The translations under genes were made by a program, and so were the position numbers. The notes under the pieces are model-generated. The model saw only the letters and a program-made list of their open reading frames with translations. It searched no databases and was not told the DNA's origin. This document shows positions 1 to 8,589 of a stretch of DNA of 38,877 nucleotides, piece by piece (the stretch's first letter is position 1; every line of letters starts with the position of its first letter). The stretch is from Verrucomicrobiota bacterium (GTDB taxonomy: Bacteria > Verrucomicrobiota > Verrucomicrobiia > Opitutales > UBA953), in assembly GCA_039804485.1 (NCBI GenBank), contig JBDLWC010000037.1, positions 1 through 38,877 of the forward strand. The letters are read 5' to 3'.

Positions 1-735
1 GAACGCGACGGCGCCGCCACGGCCTGCGTGATCCTCGAGCCGCGCGTCCAAGGAGCGGCGGGCATGGTCCAGCAGCCCGCGGGTTTCGTCCGGGCGGTCG
101 CGGAACTCTGCCGTCGGCACGAAGTCCATCTCATCCTCGACGAGGTGTTCACCGGCTTCGGTCGCCTCGGCGCGCTGACCGCGGCCGAGACCGAAGGCGT
201 CACGCCGGATTTCCTCTGCCTCGCGAAAGGCCTCGCCGCCGGCTACCTGCCGCTCGCCGCGACGCTCACGTCCGAGTCGATCTACGCGGCCTTCCTCGGG
301 AGATTCTCCGAAGGGAAGACCTTCTTCCACGGACACACCTTCTCGGGCAACCCCCTCGCCTGCGCGGTGGCCCGCGCTTCGTTGCGCAAGCTGAAGCCGC
401 TGCTGGCCTCGGGGCAGGTCGCCGAGCGCGCCGCGCTCCTAGGACGCGAGATGGCCGCCGCCTTCGCGGGTCACCCCCACGTGCGCGCCTTCCGCCAGCT
501 CGGCCTCACGGGCTCCGTCGAGTTCAAGCCGGCCGGCGCCGACCGATGGCCGACCGACACCCGCGCCGGTTACCGCGTCGCCTTGGCGGCGCGCCGCCAT
601 GGGCTCGTCATCCGCCCATTAGGCGACTCGATCCTGTTCGTCCCGCCGATCTCCATCCAAGCCGACGAAACCAGGCACCTCGTCCGCGCCGTCCGTCTCG
701 CGATGGACGAGACCCTCTCGTCTCTTCCCGTATAG
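1..735 (+). CDS. bioA: Adenosylmethionine-8-amino-7-oxononanoate aminotransferase (BioA), 5'-truncated by the window edge
   Basis: The frame is open from base 1. The translation has LDEVFTGFGRLG and FLCLAKGLAAGYLPL (PLP-lysine context) typical of class-III aminotransferase BioA. It heads a contiguous run of bio genes. Confidence 0.88.
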   Translation, partial: ERDGAATACVILEPRVQGAAGMVQQPAGFVRAVAELCRRHEVHLILDEVFTGFGRLGALTAAETEGVTPDFLCLAKGLAAGYLPLAATLTSESIYAAFLGRFSEGKTFFHGHTFSGNPLACAVARASLRKLKPLLASGQVAERAALLGREMAAAFAGHPHVRAFRQLGLTGSVEFKPAGADRWPTDTRAGYRVALAARRHGLVIRPLGDSILFVPPISIQADETRHLVRAVRLAMDETLSSLPV

Positions 736-755
736 GACACGATGTGGTCGTGTCC
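735..755 (+). other. Perfect 8-bp stem-loop (ggacacga-tgtgg-tcgtgtcc) starting at the bioA stop codon
   Basis: Read directly from the sequence. No U-tract follows, so it is not a classical terminator. It may be an intra-operon RNA processing or attenuation element. Confidence 0.35.
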
Positions 756-766
756 CTGCCTTCCCC

Positions 767-794
767 GATACTCGATACTCTGAACTCCATACTC
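767..794 (+). repeat. Four tandem heptamers, GATACTC GATACTC TGAACTC CATACTC, 13 nt upstream of the bioB ATG
   Basis: Read directly from the sequence. It lies in a locally AT-richer patch of the 72-nt bioA-bioB spacer. Confidence 0.5.
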
Positions 795-807
795 TCTTCT
801 TAAACAT

Positions 808-1878
808 ATGCCCAACCTCACCGACGCCCGAGCGCTCTACGACCTGCCGCTCAACACGCTGATCTTCAAGGCTCAGCAAGTCCACCAAGCCAACCAGGAT
901 CCGGCCGGCGTGCAGCTCTGCACGCTGAAGTCGATCAAGACCGGCGCCTGCCCCGAAGACTGCGCCTATTGCCCGCAGTCGATCCACAACCAGACCGGCC
1001 TCGAAAGCGAAGCCCTCATGGAGACCCAGGCCATCCTCGCCGACGCGCGCAAGGCCAAGGCCGGCGGCGCGACGCGCTTCTGCATGGGCGCCGCCTGGCG
1101 CCGCGTGAACGACGGCAAGCAGTTCGACAGCGTCCTGAACACCGTCTCGGGCGTGAAGGAGCTCGGCCTCGAAGTCTGCTGCACGCTCGGCATGGTAAGC
1201 GAAGCCCAGGCCGCCCGGCTCAAGCAGGCCGGTTGCGACGTGTATAACCACAACCTCGACACCTCCCGGGAGCATTACTCCAAGATCATCACCACCCGCA
1301 CGTACGACGACCGCCTCCAGACCCTCTCGAACGTCCGCAAGGCCGGCCTCGAGGTCTGCTCCGGCGGCATCATCGGCATGGGCGAGACCGTCGACGACCG
1401 CCTGAAGATGCTCGTCGAGCTCGCCCAGCTCGACCCTCAGCCGGACTCCGTGCCGATCAACGCGCTGGTCGCCGTCGAAGGCACGCCGCTCGCCGGCCGC
1501 AAGTTCGTCGACACCATCGAATTCGTCCGCACCGTCGCCGTCGCCCGCATCCTGATGCCGAAGGCGATGGTCCGCCTCTCCGCCGGACGCGCCAGCATGA
1601 ACGACGAGACGCAGGCCCTCTGCTATCTCGCCGGCGCCAACTCGATCTTCCTCGGCGAGAAGCTCCTCACCACGGGCAATCCCGACATCGAGGAGGACAT
1701 GAACCTCATGAAGCGCCTCGGCCTGCACCCGATGCACCCCGACGAGGCCCGGCGCATCCATCGCGGCGAGCTCGCCCCGGGCGACGCCAAGCCGGCCGAG
1801 TGGCCCAGCGTGGCGGAATTCGCCGCCGCCCACGCGGCCGAGGAATCCTGCGGGACCGGCGGCTGCGGCTGCAAGTGA
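808..1878 (+). CDS. bioB: Biotin synthase (radical SAM), with a C-terminal Cys-rich extension
   Basis: It has the [11 protein letters not shown] radical-SAM CxxxCxxC motif. [25 protein letters not shown] and RLSAGR match the contexts of the BioB auxiliary [2Fe-2S] ligands. The protein is 356 aa. Confidence 0.95.
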   Translation: MPNLTDARALYDLPLNTLIFKAQQVHQANQDPAGVQLCTLKSIKTGACPEDCAYCPQSIHNQTGLESEALMETQAILADARKAKAGGATRFCMGAAWRRVNDGKQFDSVLNTVSGVKELGLEVCCTLGMVSEAQAARLKQAGCDVYNHNLDTSREHYSKIITTRTYDDRLQTLSNVRKAGLEVCSGGIIGMGETVDDRLKMLVELAQLDPQPDSVPINALVAVEGTPLAGRKFVDTIEFVRTVAVARILMPKAMVRLSAGRASMNDETQALCYLAGANSIFLGEKLLTTGNPDIEEDMNLMKRLGLHPMHPDEARRIHRGELAPGDAKPAEWPSVAEFAAAHAAEESCGTGGCGCK

Positions 1879-1879
1879 C

Positions 1880-2506
1880 ATGGCCGTCGTCTTCGTCACC
1901 GGCAGCGACACCGGCGTGGGCAAGACCCACGTCGCCGGCCTGCTCGCGCGTCGCCTCTCCCGCGACGGCTTCACCCAGGTCATCAAGCCGGTGGAATCGG
2001 GCGCCGGCTTCGGCCGCCCGTCCGACGCGCCCAAGGCCGCGGGGACGTGGGCCGAGGCGCACACGCTGATCTCCTTGCCGCGCCCCATCGCCCCGCTCGC
2101 CGCGGCGAAGCAGGCGCGCAAGAAAGTCGACCTCGCGACGCTCCTGAAGCTTTACCGCGCCGTCCCGCCCGCCCCCTGCCGGGTCGTCGAAGGCGCCGGC
2201 GGCGTGGCCGTGCCGCTCGATCCCAAGGGCAAGGACTGGGCGGATTTCGCCGCCGCCATCAAGCCGACCGTCGCCATCGTCGTCGTCGAAGACCGTCTCG
2301 GCGCGATCAACCAGGCCCGCCTCGCGATCGCCTACCTGCGTCGCCGTTACGACGGCCCGGTCGGCGTCTGGCTCAACGCGATCAGGAAGCCGTCGAAGGA
2401 AGTCGCCGCGAGCAACCGCGCCGGCTTGGCGGCCTCCTGGATCCCGCTGCTCGGGGAGTCCGGCCGCGGACTCAAGTCCGCCCGCTTCCACTTCCTGCCG
2501 CGATGA
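1880..2506 (+). CDS. bioD: Dethiobiotin synthetase
   Basis: It has the N-terminal P-loop VFVTGSDTGVGKTHV. It starts 1 nt after the bioB stop, and its own stop overlaps the bioF ATG (ATGA). Confidence 0.9.
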   Translation: MAVVFVTGSDTGVGKTHVAGLLARRLSRDGFTQVIKPVESGAGFGRPSDAPKAAGTWAEAHTLISLPRPIAPLAAAKQARKKVDLATLLKLYRAVPPAPCRVVEGAGGVAVPLDPKGKDWADFAAAIKPTVAIVVVEDRLGAINQARLAIAYLRRRYDGPVGVWLNAIRKPSKEVAASNRAGLAASWIPLLGESGRGLKSARFHFLPR

Positions 2507-3648
2507 ACGAGGCCCTGCTGCGGCGCCTGCGTCAGTCCCTCGCCCAGCGCGAAGGGTCGACGCTGCGTCGGCAGCTGACCGCCCGCGTCGCGGACGACCC
2601 GCGCGTCAACCTGGCCGACAACGATTACCTCGGCCTCTCGCGCGATCCCGCGGTCGTCGCCGCCGCGGCCGCCGCGCTCCGGGAGTGGGGCGCGTCTTCG
2701 TCCGCGTCGCCGCTTGTCACCGGCTACACCGAGGTCCACCGCCGGCTCGAGCACGCCCTCTCCGCCTGGCAGGGTTATGCGCACGGGCTGGTGATGAACA
2801 CCGGCTTCGCCGCCAACTCCGCCGTCCTCGGCGGCCTGCCGAAAAAGGGCGACCTCATCCTCGCCGACCGTCTCGTCCACGCGAGCATGCTCGACGGCAT
2901 CATGGCCTCGGGCGCCCGCCTGCGGCGCTTCGCGCACAACGACCTCGACGCCCTGGAGCTGATGCTCCACGAGGAGCCGGCTCTGGATGGCGTCATCTTC
3001 GTCGTGACCGAGAGCGTCTACTCGATGGACGGCGACAGCCCGGACCTGAAGCGGCTGGCTTCCTTGCGCAAGCGTTTCGGTTTCTGCTGGGTGCTCGACG
3101 AAGCCCACGCCACGGGCTGGTATGGCGCGACGGGCTCCGGGCTCCAGGAGGGGCAGGGCGCTTTCGCCGCGGCGGACATCGTGGTCGGCACGCTGGGCAA
3201 AGGCCTGGGCTCGCAGGGCGCCTACGTGCTTTCCCATGCGCCGGAAGTCCGCGACGCCCTGATCAACTTCGCCGGCGAATTCGTCTATTCCACCTACCTC
3301 GCGCCGTCCTGCGCCGCCGCCGCGTTGGCCGCGATCGGGCGCGTGAAAGAGATGGCGGCGGAACGCGCCGGGCTCCCCGCGCTCTCCCAGGCCTGGCGCG
3401 ACGGCCTCGTCGAAGCCGGCTTCGCGGTGCCTTCGGGGGATTCTCCGATCATCCCGCTCATCCTCGGCGATTCCGACGTCACCCTGAAGGTCGCCACCGC
3501 GCTGCGCGCCGGCGGTTTCATGGTCTCCGCCATCCGGCCGCCCACGGTGCCCGCGCGCACCGGCCGTATCCGCATCTCGCTCCGCCGAGGTCTCTCTCCC
3601 GCCGTGCTTTCCTCCTTTGTCTCCGCCTTGAAGGGCGTCTCCGCATGA
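2503..3648 (+). CDS. bioF: 8-amino-7-oxononanoate synthase
   Basis: I chose the internal ATG at 2503 (MNEALLRRL) because the upstream part of ORF 2047..3648 is Arg/Pro-rich out-of-frame overlap with bioD. Motifs are ADNDYLGL, DEAHATG and GTLGKGLGSQGAY (PLP Lys), which mark the alpha-oxoamine synthase family. Confidence 0.9.
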   Translation: MNEALLRRLRQSLAQREGSTLRRQLTARVADDPRVNLADNDYLGLSRDPAVVAAAAAALREWGASSSASPLVTGYTEVHRRLEHALSAWQGYAHGLVMNTGFAANSAVLGGLPKKGDLILADRLVHASMLDGIMASGARLRRFAHNDLDALELMLHEEPALDGVIFVVTESVYSMDGDSPDLKRLASLRKRFGFCWVLDEAHATGWYGATGSGLQEGQGAFAAADIVVGTLGKGLGSQGAYVLSHAPEVRDALINFAGEFVYSTYLAPSCAAAALAAIGRVKEMAAERAGLPALSQAWRDGLVEAGFAVPSGDSPIIPLILGDSDVTLKVATALRAGGFMVSAIRPPTVPARTGRIRISLRRGLSPAVLSSFVSALKGVSA

Positions 3649-4250
3649 AGATCGGCTGGATCGGCGGCTGGGGCGTCCCGCTCGAGGAGATGCAGGCCAT
3701 CGCCGTGGCCCACGCGCCCGACGCCGAGCACCTCATCTATCCCCCCGTGATGGGCGCCGCGGAGAACCTCGTCGGCTGCGACGCCGTCATCGCCTGGTCC
3801 TTGGGGGCGCATCTCGTGCTCGAGGCCGGCGCGCGCGGCGTCCGGCTGCCCGCGAAGGTCCTGCTCTTCGCGCCTTTCACCTCTTTCTGCGCCGAGCACG
3901 GCTCCTGCGGCAAGCCGGCGGAGACGCATGTGCGCTGGTTGCGACGCTGGCTCGACCTCGACGCGCCGGCGGCCTTGGCCGATTTCCGGAAGCGGGCCGG
4001 GCTGGCGCCGGCGAACGCCGAGGCGCCGCCCTACGAGCCGGAGTACCTGCGCGCCGGCCTGGACATCCTCGTCCAGCCCGCCGGCGTCTCCTTGATCACC
4101 TTCGCGCGGCAGGGGCTGCCCGCGGGCTGGGAGGCTTACGTCGGCGATCAGGACGCGTTGCTGCGCGCGGAAGGCGTCGCTGAGTCGGTCGTGGGATGTC
4201 AGGTGGTCGAAGGGGTCGGCCACGACCTGCGGGACTTCCTCGCTTCCTGA
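3645..4250 (+). CDS. Short alpha/beta-hydrolase, probably a pimeloyl-ACP methyl ester esterase (BioG/BioH-type)
   Basis: The ATG at 3645 overlaps the bioF stop (ATGA). The 201-aa protein has GGWGVP near the N-terminus, a nucleophile-elbow-like AWSLGA and a late GHD. It sits directly upstream of bioC, as BioG-type esterases usually do. Confidence 0.6.
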   Translation: MKIGWIGGWGVPLEEMQAIAVAHAPDAEHLIYPPVMGAAENLVGCDAVIAWSLGAHLVLEAGARGVRLPAKVLLFAPFTSFCAEHGSCGKPAETHVRWLRRWLDLDAPAALADFRKRAGLAPANAEAPPYEPEYLRAGLDILVQPAGVSLITFARQGLPAGWEAYVGDQDALLRAEGVAESVVGCQVVEGVGHDLRDFLAS

Positions 4251-4254
4251 CGCC

Positions 4255-4959
4255 ATGCGCTTCGACGAACGAGCCGACAGCTACGACCTGCACGCCGCCC
4301 CGCAGAAGCGCTTCGCCGAAGCCCTCGCGGCTTTCGCCCCGTTCCGCCGGGGCGCCCGCGTGACCGAGCTCGGCGCCGGCACGGGCTTCCTGACCGCCGC
4401 GTTGCTCGCCCAAGGCGTCAACGTCGACGCCACGGATGGGTCGCCTGCGATGGTCGAGCGAGGCCGTCAGTCCGTCCCGGCGGCGAACTGGTCGGTCCAT
4501 GACGCCTTCGGACCTGTCGAGCAGGCCAATGCGCTCGCTTCGACCGGCCTCCTGCATTGGGCTTCGGATCCGGCGGCGGTGCTCCGGCATTGGCGGACGG
4601 CTTTGCCGGAGGGCGGACGGCTGTTGCTCGGCGTCCCGTGCGACCCCTGCCTGCACGAGCTGCGCGACCTCGTGGGCGAAGGCCCGGTCCGCTGGCGCGA
4701 CGAGTCCCAGTGGCTGGCCTTGCTCCAGGGCGCGCGGTTCGACGTCCGCGCGCATGGCGTCCTTGAGTCCGCAGAGACTTACCCGAACGCCTTGGAGTTC
4801 CTGCGTCATCTGCATCGCAGCGGCGTGACCGGCGACCCCCGTTTCTCGCCGAGCGAGCTCAAGTCGCTTCTCCGCGACTATGACCGCCTCCATGCCTGTC
4901 CGTCCGGCGTCGTCGCCACCTGGGCCTGGTTGCTCGTGGACGCGACGGCGAGGGGCTGA
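4255..4959 (+). CDS. bioC: Malonyl-ACP O-methyltransferase (class I SAM methyltransferase)
   Basis: It has SAM-binding motif I, VTELGAGTGFLT, and is the last gene of the bio run. The assignment rests on this context plus the methyltransferase fold motif. Confidence 0.72.
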   Translation: MRFDERADSYDLHAAPQKRFAEALAAFAPFRRGARVTELGAGTGFLTAALLAQGVNVDATDGSPAMVERGRQSVPAANWSVHDAFGPVEQANALASTGLLHWASDPAAVLRHWRTALPEGGRLLLGVPCDPCLHELRDLVGEGPVRWRDESQWLALLQGARFDVRAHGVLESAETYPNALEFLRHLHRSGVTGDPRFSPSELKSLLRDYDRLHACPSGVVATWAWLLVDATARG

Positions 4960-5055
4960 ACAGAGGACGGAGTCGATGACGGCGTCGAGGGCTGCATCGA
5001 GGACAGAATGGATGAGGTACAGAAGGTAGGGTCGGGATCGCGTCCCTACCCAGAA

Positions 5056-5082
5056 TAAAAAAGCCGCCCGGGTGGGCGGCTT
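5056..5082 (-). terminator. Rho-independent terminator downstream of galM
   Basis: The stem is aagccgccc (5061-5069) paired with gggcggctt (5074-5082) around a 4-nt loop. On the minus strand it is followed by TTTTATT. Confidence 0.6.
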
Positions 5083-5107
5083 CAGAGGAGAGCGCGAGAG
5101 GTTGTCT

Positions 5108-6253
5108 CTACCTTGCGACCCCGAAGCGGAAGACGAGCTTCTGGCCGTATGGCTCGCCGGGGCGCAGGATGCCGCTGGGATATCCCAGGCGATGGAAGGC
5201 GGGCTGATTGGGGGAGTCGGGGAAGAGTCCCGGCTCGAGGCAGAAGCCTTGGCGGAAAGAGTAGGGCTTCGCCCAGCGGCCTTGCACCGTGCCTGCGAGG
5301 AAGTTGCCCGTGTAGAGCTGCAGTCCCGGCGCGTCGGTGAGGACTTCGAGCGTGCGTCCCGAGGACGGCTCGGACACGTGCGCGACGGATCGCAAGACTC
5401 CGGCGGCCCCAAGGACGTAGCAATGATCGTAGCCCCGGGCGCGTCGGAGCTGCTCGTGCGGCTCGCCGATGCGCTCGCCGAGCGAGTGCGGACGGCGGAA
5501 GTCGAAAGGCGTGTTCGTGACGTCCATGAGCTCGCCGGTCGGGATGAGCGCCGGCGTCACCGGGACGATCCGGTCGGAGCGAAGGGTCAGGCGGTGATCG
5601 AGCACCGTGCCTTGTCCGGCGAGGTTGAAGAAGACATGGTTCGTCAGGTTGCAGGCCGTGGGCGCGTCGGTCGTCGCGGCGAAATCGATGCGGAGTTCGT
5701 CGGCGTCATCGGGCAGCGTATAGGTGACCGTGACGCTGAGCGTGCCCGGGTAGCCTTCCTCGCCGGACGGGCTCACGTAGGTAAGCCGGACCGCGGAGGC
5801 GTCGGCCGTCCGGAGGCACTCCGACTGCCAGACGCGCTTGTCGAGCCCGCGCAGGCCGCCGTGGAGGTGGTTGTCGCCGTTGTTCCGGTCGAGAGCCAGG
5901 GTCTGTCCGTCGATGGTCAGGCGACCGCCTGCGAGGCGGTTGGCGTAGCGGCCGACCGTGCTGCCGAGGAAGGGGTTGTCGGCGGCGTAGTCGGCGAGCG
6001 AGCGCAGGCCGAGGGTGACCTCGCCGAGACGGCCATGGACGTCAGGGACGCGGATCGAGGTGAGCGTGGCGCCGAATTCGCTGACCGAGACTTCCATGCC
6101 CCGGGCGTTCGTCAGCGTGTGGAGCTGGACCGGGCGGCCATCGAGGAGCCCATGCTGGCGCCGGAGGGCGAGTCCGGCGCGGCGAGGGCGGAGCAGCAGC
6201 AGGGCTCCGACGATCAGCAGGGTGCCATAAGCCAGCGCTTCAGGGGAGAGCAT
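5108..6253 (-). CDS. galM: Aldose 1-epimerase (galactose mutarotase) with an N-terminal hydrophobic signal or anchor
   Basis: Motifs are YANRLAGGRLTIDGQTLALDRNNGDNHLHGG, TNHVFFNL and GFCLEP. The N-terminus, AYGTLLIVGALLLL, is hydrophobic. Confidence 0.85.
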   Translation of the reverse strand: MLSPEALAYGTLLIVGALLLLRPRRAGLALRRQHGLLDGRPVQLHTLTNARGMEVSVSEFGATLTSIRVPDVHGRLGEVTLGLRSLADYAADNPFLGSTVGRYANRLAGGRLTIDGQTLALDRNNGDNHLHGGLRGLDKRVWQSECLRTADASAVRLTYVSPSGEEGYPGTLSVTVTYTLPDDADELRIDFAATTDAPTACNLTNHVFFNLAGQGTVLDHRLTLRSDRIVPVTPALIPTGELMDVTNTPFDFRRPHSLGERIGEPHEQLRRARGYDHCYVLGAAGVLRSVAHVSEPSSGRTLEVLTDAPGLQLYTGNFLAGTVQGRWAKPYSFRQGFCLEPGLFPDSPNQPAFHRLGYPSGILRPGEPYGQKLVFRFGVAR

Positions 6254-6330
6254 GGCGTAAAGTTGGCGGTCGGTCAGGCGGTCGGCAAATCAAAGGTGCG
6301 TCCGCTTCCGCGGGCGGGCTCGCCGGAAAA

Positions 6331-6357
6331 CAAAAAAGCCGCCCGGTCGGGCGGCTT
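6331..6357 (-). terminator. Rho-independent terminator downstream of prc
   Basis: The stem is aagccgccc (6336-6344) paired with gggcggctt (6349-6357). On the minus strand it is followed by TTTTGTTTT. The stem is identical to that of the galM terminator. Confidence 0.6.
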
Positions 6358-6382
6358 CGGTCGGGCGCGATGGCCGCGACGA

Positions 6383-8572
6383 TCACTTCTTCTTGCTGTT
6401 CGCGGCGATCGGCGTGGCGCCGTTGAGCGCCGCCCAGTCGGCGGCGATACGCACGGTCTCCTGGAGCTGGATGTCGTACTCGGGCCACTCGTCGTCTTCG
6501 AGCGGATCGCGCATGCGCGAAGCCCGCTTCAGCTTGGCGGCGGCGCCGGGACCTTCCTTTTTCTCCTGCTCGATGGCGGCGTCGAGCTTCACCTCGACCA
6601 CCTTGACGGCCTTCTTGGCGTAATCGGCGAGCTCGCGGCGGATCTGTTCCCGGAACTCCAGCTCGTCCTTGCGCTCGGTGCGGCGCTGGTCGAGCGACAA
6701 GGAGACTTCCTTGCGGACCTGGCGGTTCTTCGTCCAATCGATCGTCCGCGACAGCGTCAGGAACTCCGGGAGCTCGGATTGACGGCGGCTGGAGCCGGCG
6801 GCGAGCTTGGCGATCAGCGCGTCGCTGACCTTCGCCTTCAGCCAGTCGCCTTCGTCGGCCTTGGTCAGGGTCGGGGTCACCGAATCCCAGGGCAGGGCGC
6901 GGTCCAGGTCGCCCTCGCCGACGGGGAGGACGGAGAAGACCGAGGGCACCACGATGTCGGCGGGGACGCCCTTGAGCTGGATCGACGAGCCGCTCGGCGC
7001 GTACCACTTCTGGATGGTCACCTTGACCGCCGACTTGAGGTTCCGGTCGAAGCGGCTGAGCTCGATGATGTTCTGGACCGAGCCTTTGCCGTGGGTGGTC
7101 GTGTCGCCGACCACGATGGCCCGGCGGTGGTCGCGCATGGCGCCGGCGAAGATTTCCGACGCCGAGGCGGAGAGCTTGGTGGTGAGGACGACCAGCGGAC
7201 CGTTCCAGGCCACCTTCTCGTCTTCGTCGCGGTAGTCTTCGGAGCGCCCTTGGCTGTCGCGGACCTGGAGCACCGAGCCTTTGGGGATGAAGAGACCCGA
7301 GATGTCGACCGCTTCGGTCAGCAGGCCGCCGCCGTTCTTGCGGAGGTCCATGATGAGCCCCTGCATGCCCATCGCCTTGAGCTTGGTGATGAGCTGCTCG
7401 ATGTCGGCGGACGGGCTCGAGCCCGAGCCGTCCTGGTTCTTGCCGTAGAAAGAAGGGAGTTCGATGACGCCGAGCAGGAAGCTGCCTTCCCCGTGGGGGA
7501 CTTCGAAGGCGCGCGCGGAAGCCATCTGTCCGACCAGCTTGATCTGGTCGCGCTTGATGCTGATGGTCTTGCGGCCGCCGGCCGCCATGTCGACCAGCAG
7601 GCGGACGAGGGTGCCCTGCTTGCCGCGGATGCGGCTGATGGCCTTCGAGAGGCGCATGCCGACGATGTCTTCCATCTCGCCCGTCTCGCCCTGGCCGACG
7701 GCGATGATCTTGTCGCCGGACTTCACCTGGCGCGAGAGGTCCAGGGGGCCGCCGGGCAGGATCTCCTTCACCACGCAGGTGCCGTCCTCGTCGGTCAGCG
7801 TCGCGCCGATGCCCACGAGCGAGTTGCGCATCGCGATCTCGAATTCCTCGAGGGACTGCTGCGAGAAGAACGTCGAGTGGGGGTCGTACTGGCTCGAGTA
7901 GGAATTGAGGAAGAGCTCCTCGACCTCATGGGAGTCGAAGTCGAGGTAGGTGCGGGTCTTTTCGTAGCGTTTCTTGAGCCGGGCGACCGCTTCCTGCGTC
8001 TTCGCCGGGGTGATCTCGGGCAGCTCGGAATCCTTCCCGGTCTTGGCGGCGCCGGACTTGTCCTCGCCGAGGAGCTCCGCGAGCATGTCGAGGCGGATCC
8101 GGCGGCTCCAGAGGCTGTCGGCGGCCTCGGGGTTGGCCGGCCATTCCGCCTTCTTGCGGTCGACGGGGAACGTGCCCGGCTGGGTGAGGTTGATCGGCTG
8201 GTCGAGGGCGGCCAGGTTGGCCGTGGTGCGCTCCGTGACGCGCTTCTTGAAGAGCGCGTAGATCTCGAAGGCCGGGGTGAGGTTGCCGCGCTGGAGATAG
8301 AGGTCGAGGGTCCGGCCGTAACGGGTCACGAACTCCTCCACCTCTTCGGCGGTGAAATACATCTTCGCGCCGTCGAGGTTCTCGCAGTAGGTCCGGACCA
8401 CCGAGTTCATGTCGATGGAGCCCATGTCCTTCCGGCTGATGTGGAGCTTCTCGAGGAGGGCGGCCGTGGCGCGCGTCTCGTCGCGCATCGATTCGGTGGT
8501 CGTGAAGCTGCGCGTCTGGGCGGAAACCAGCGTTCCCAGGAAGAGGGACGCCAGCAAGAGGGTGAGTCGCAT
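6383..8572 (-). CDS. prc: Tail-specific (C-terminal processing) protease, peptidase S41, Prc-like, secreted
   Basis: It has a signal peptide (MRLTLLLASLFLGTLVSAQT) and a PDZ segment (GIGATL...ILPGGPL...GDKIIAV). DLRKNGGGLLTEAV, LSASASEIFAGAM (Ser nucleophile) and THGKGSVQ (Lys) are colinear with E. coli Prc. Confidence 0.9.
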   Translation of the reverse strand: MRLTLLLASLFLGTLVSAQTRSFTTTESMRDETRATAALLEKLHISRKDMGSIDMNSVVRTYCENLDGAKMYFTAEEVEEFVTRYGRTLDLYLQRGNLTPAFEIYALFKKRVTERTTANLAALDQPINLTQPGTFPVDRKKAEWPANPEAADSLWSRRIRLDMLAELLGEDKSGAAKTGKDSELPEITPAKTQEAVARLKKRYEKTRTYLDFDSHEVEELFLNSYSSQYDPHSTFFSQQSLEEFEIAMRNSLVGIGATLTDEDGTCVVKEILPGGPLDLSRQVKSGDKIIAVGQGETGEMEDIVGMRLSKAISRIRGKQGTLVRLLVDMAAGGRKTISIKRDQIKLVGQMASARAFEVPHGEGSFLLGVIELPSFYGKNQDGSGSSPSADIEQLITKLKAMGMQGLIMDLRKNGGGLLTEAVDISGLFIPKGSVLQVRDSQGRSEDYRDEDEKVAWNGPLVVLTTKLSASASEIFAGAMRDHRRAIVVGDTTTHGKGSVQNIIELSRFDRNLKSAVKVTIQKWYAPSGSSIQLKGVPADIVVPSVFSVLPVGEGDLDRALPWDSVTPTLTKADEGDWLKAKVSDALIAKLAAGSSRRQSELPEFLTLSRTIDWTKNRQVRKEVSLSLDQRRTERKDELEFREQIRRELADYAKKAVKVVEVKLDAAIEQEKKEGPGAAAKLKRASRMRDPLEDDEWPEYDIQLQETVRIAADWAALNGATPIAANSKKK

Positions 8573-8589
8573 AAAGGGAGTGGAGGCGC

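Noticed and set aside
4973-5003. Three TCGAKGR motifs at exact 12-nt spacing (tcgatga, tcgaggg, tcgagga) just after the bioC stop. An in-frame 32-codon open extension also follows the bioC TGA.
   Set aside because: The motifs are short and degenerate, and there is no supporting evidence for a binding protein or for stop-codon read-through. This is likely chance in GC-rich sequence.
5024-5049. The hairpin ggtaggg-N12-ccctacc after bioC, considered as a possible tRNA fragment or attachment-site remnant.
   Set aside because: It has only one 7-bp stem with a 12-nt loop. There is no cloverleaf, T-loop consensus or CCA context, and no integrase is nearby. It is most simply part of the convergent bioC/galM termination region.
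5056-6357. Near-identical hairpins aaaaaagccgccc-NNNN-gggcggcttc at 5056-5083 and 6332-6358, considered as copies of a small repetitive or mobile element.
   Set aside because: Both sit exactly downstream of minus-strand stop codons and are followed by U-tracts. They are best explained as convergently similar intrinsic terminators. The identity is limited to the 9-bp stem and the A/T-tract.
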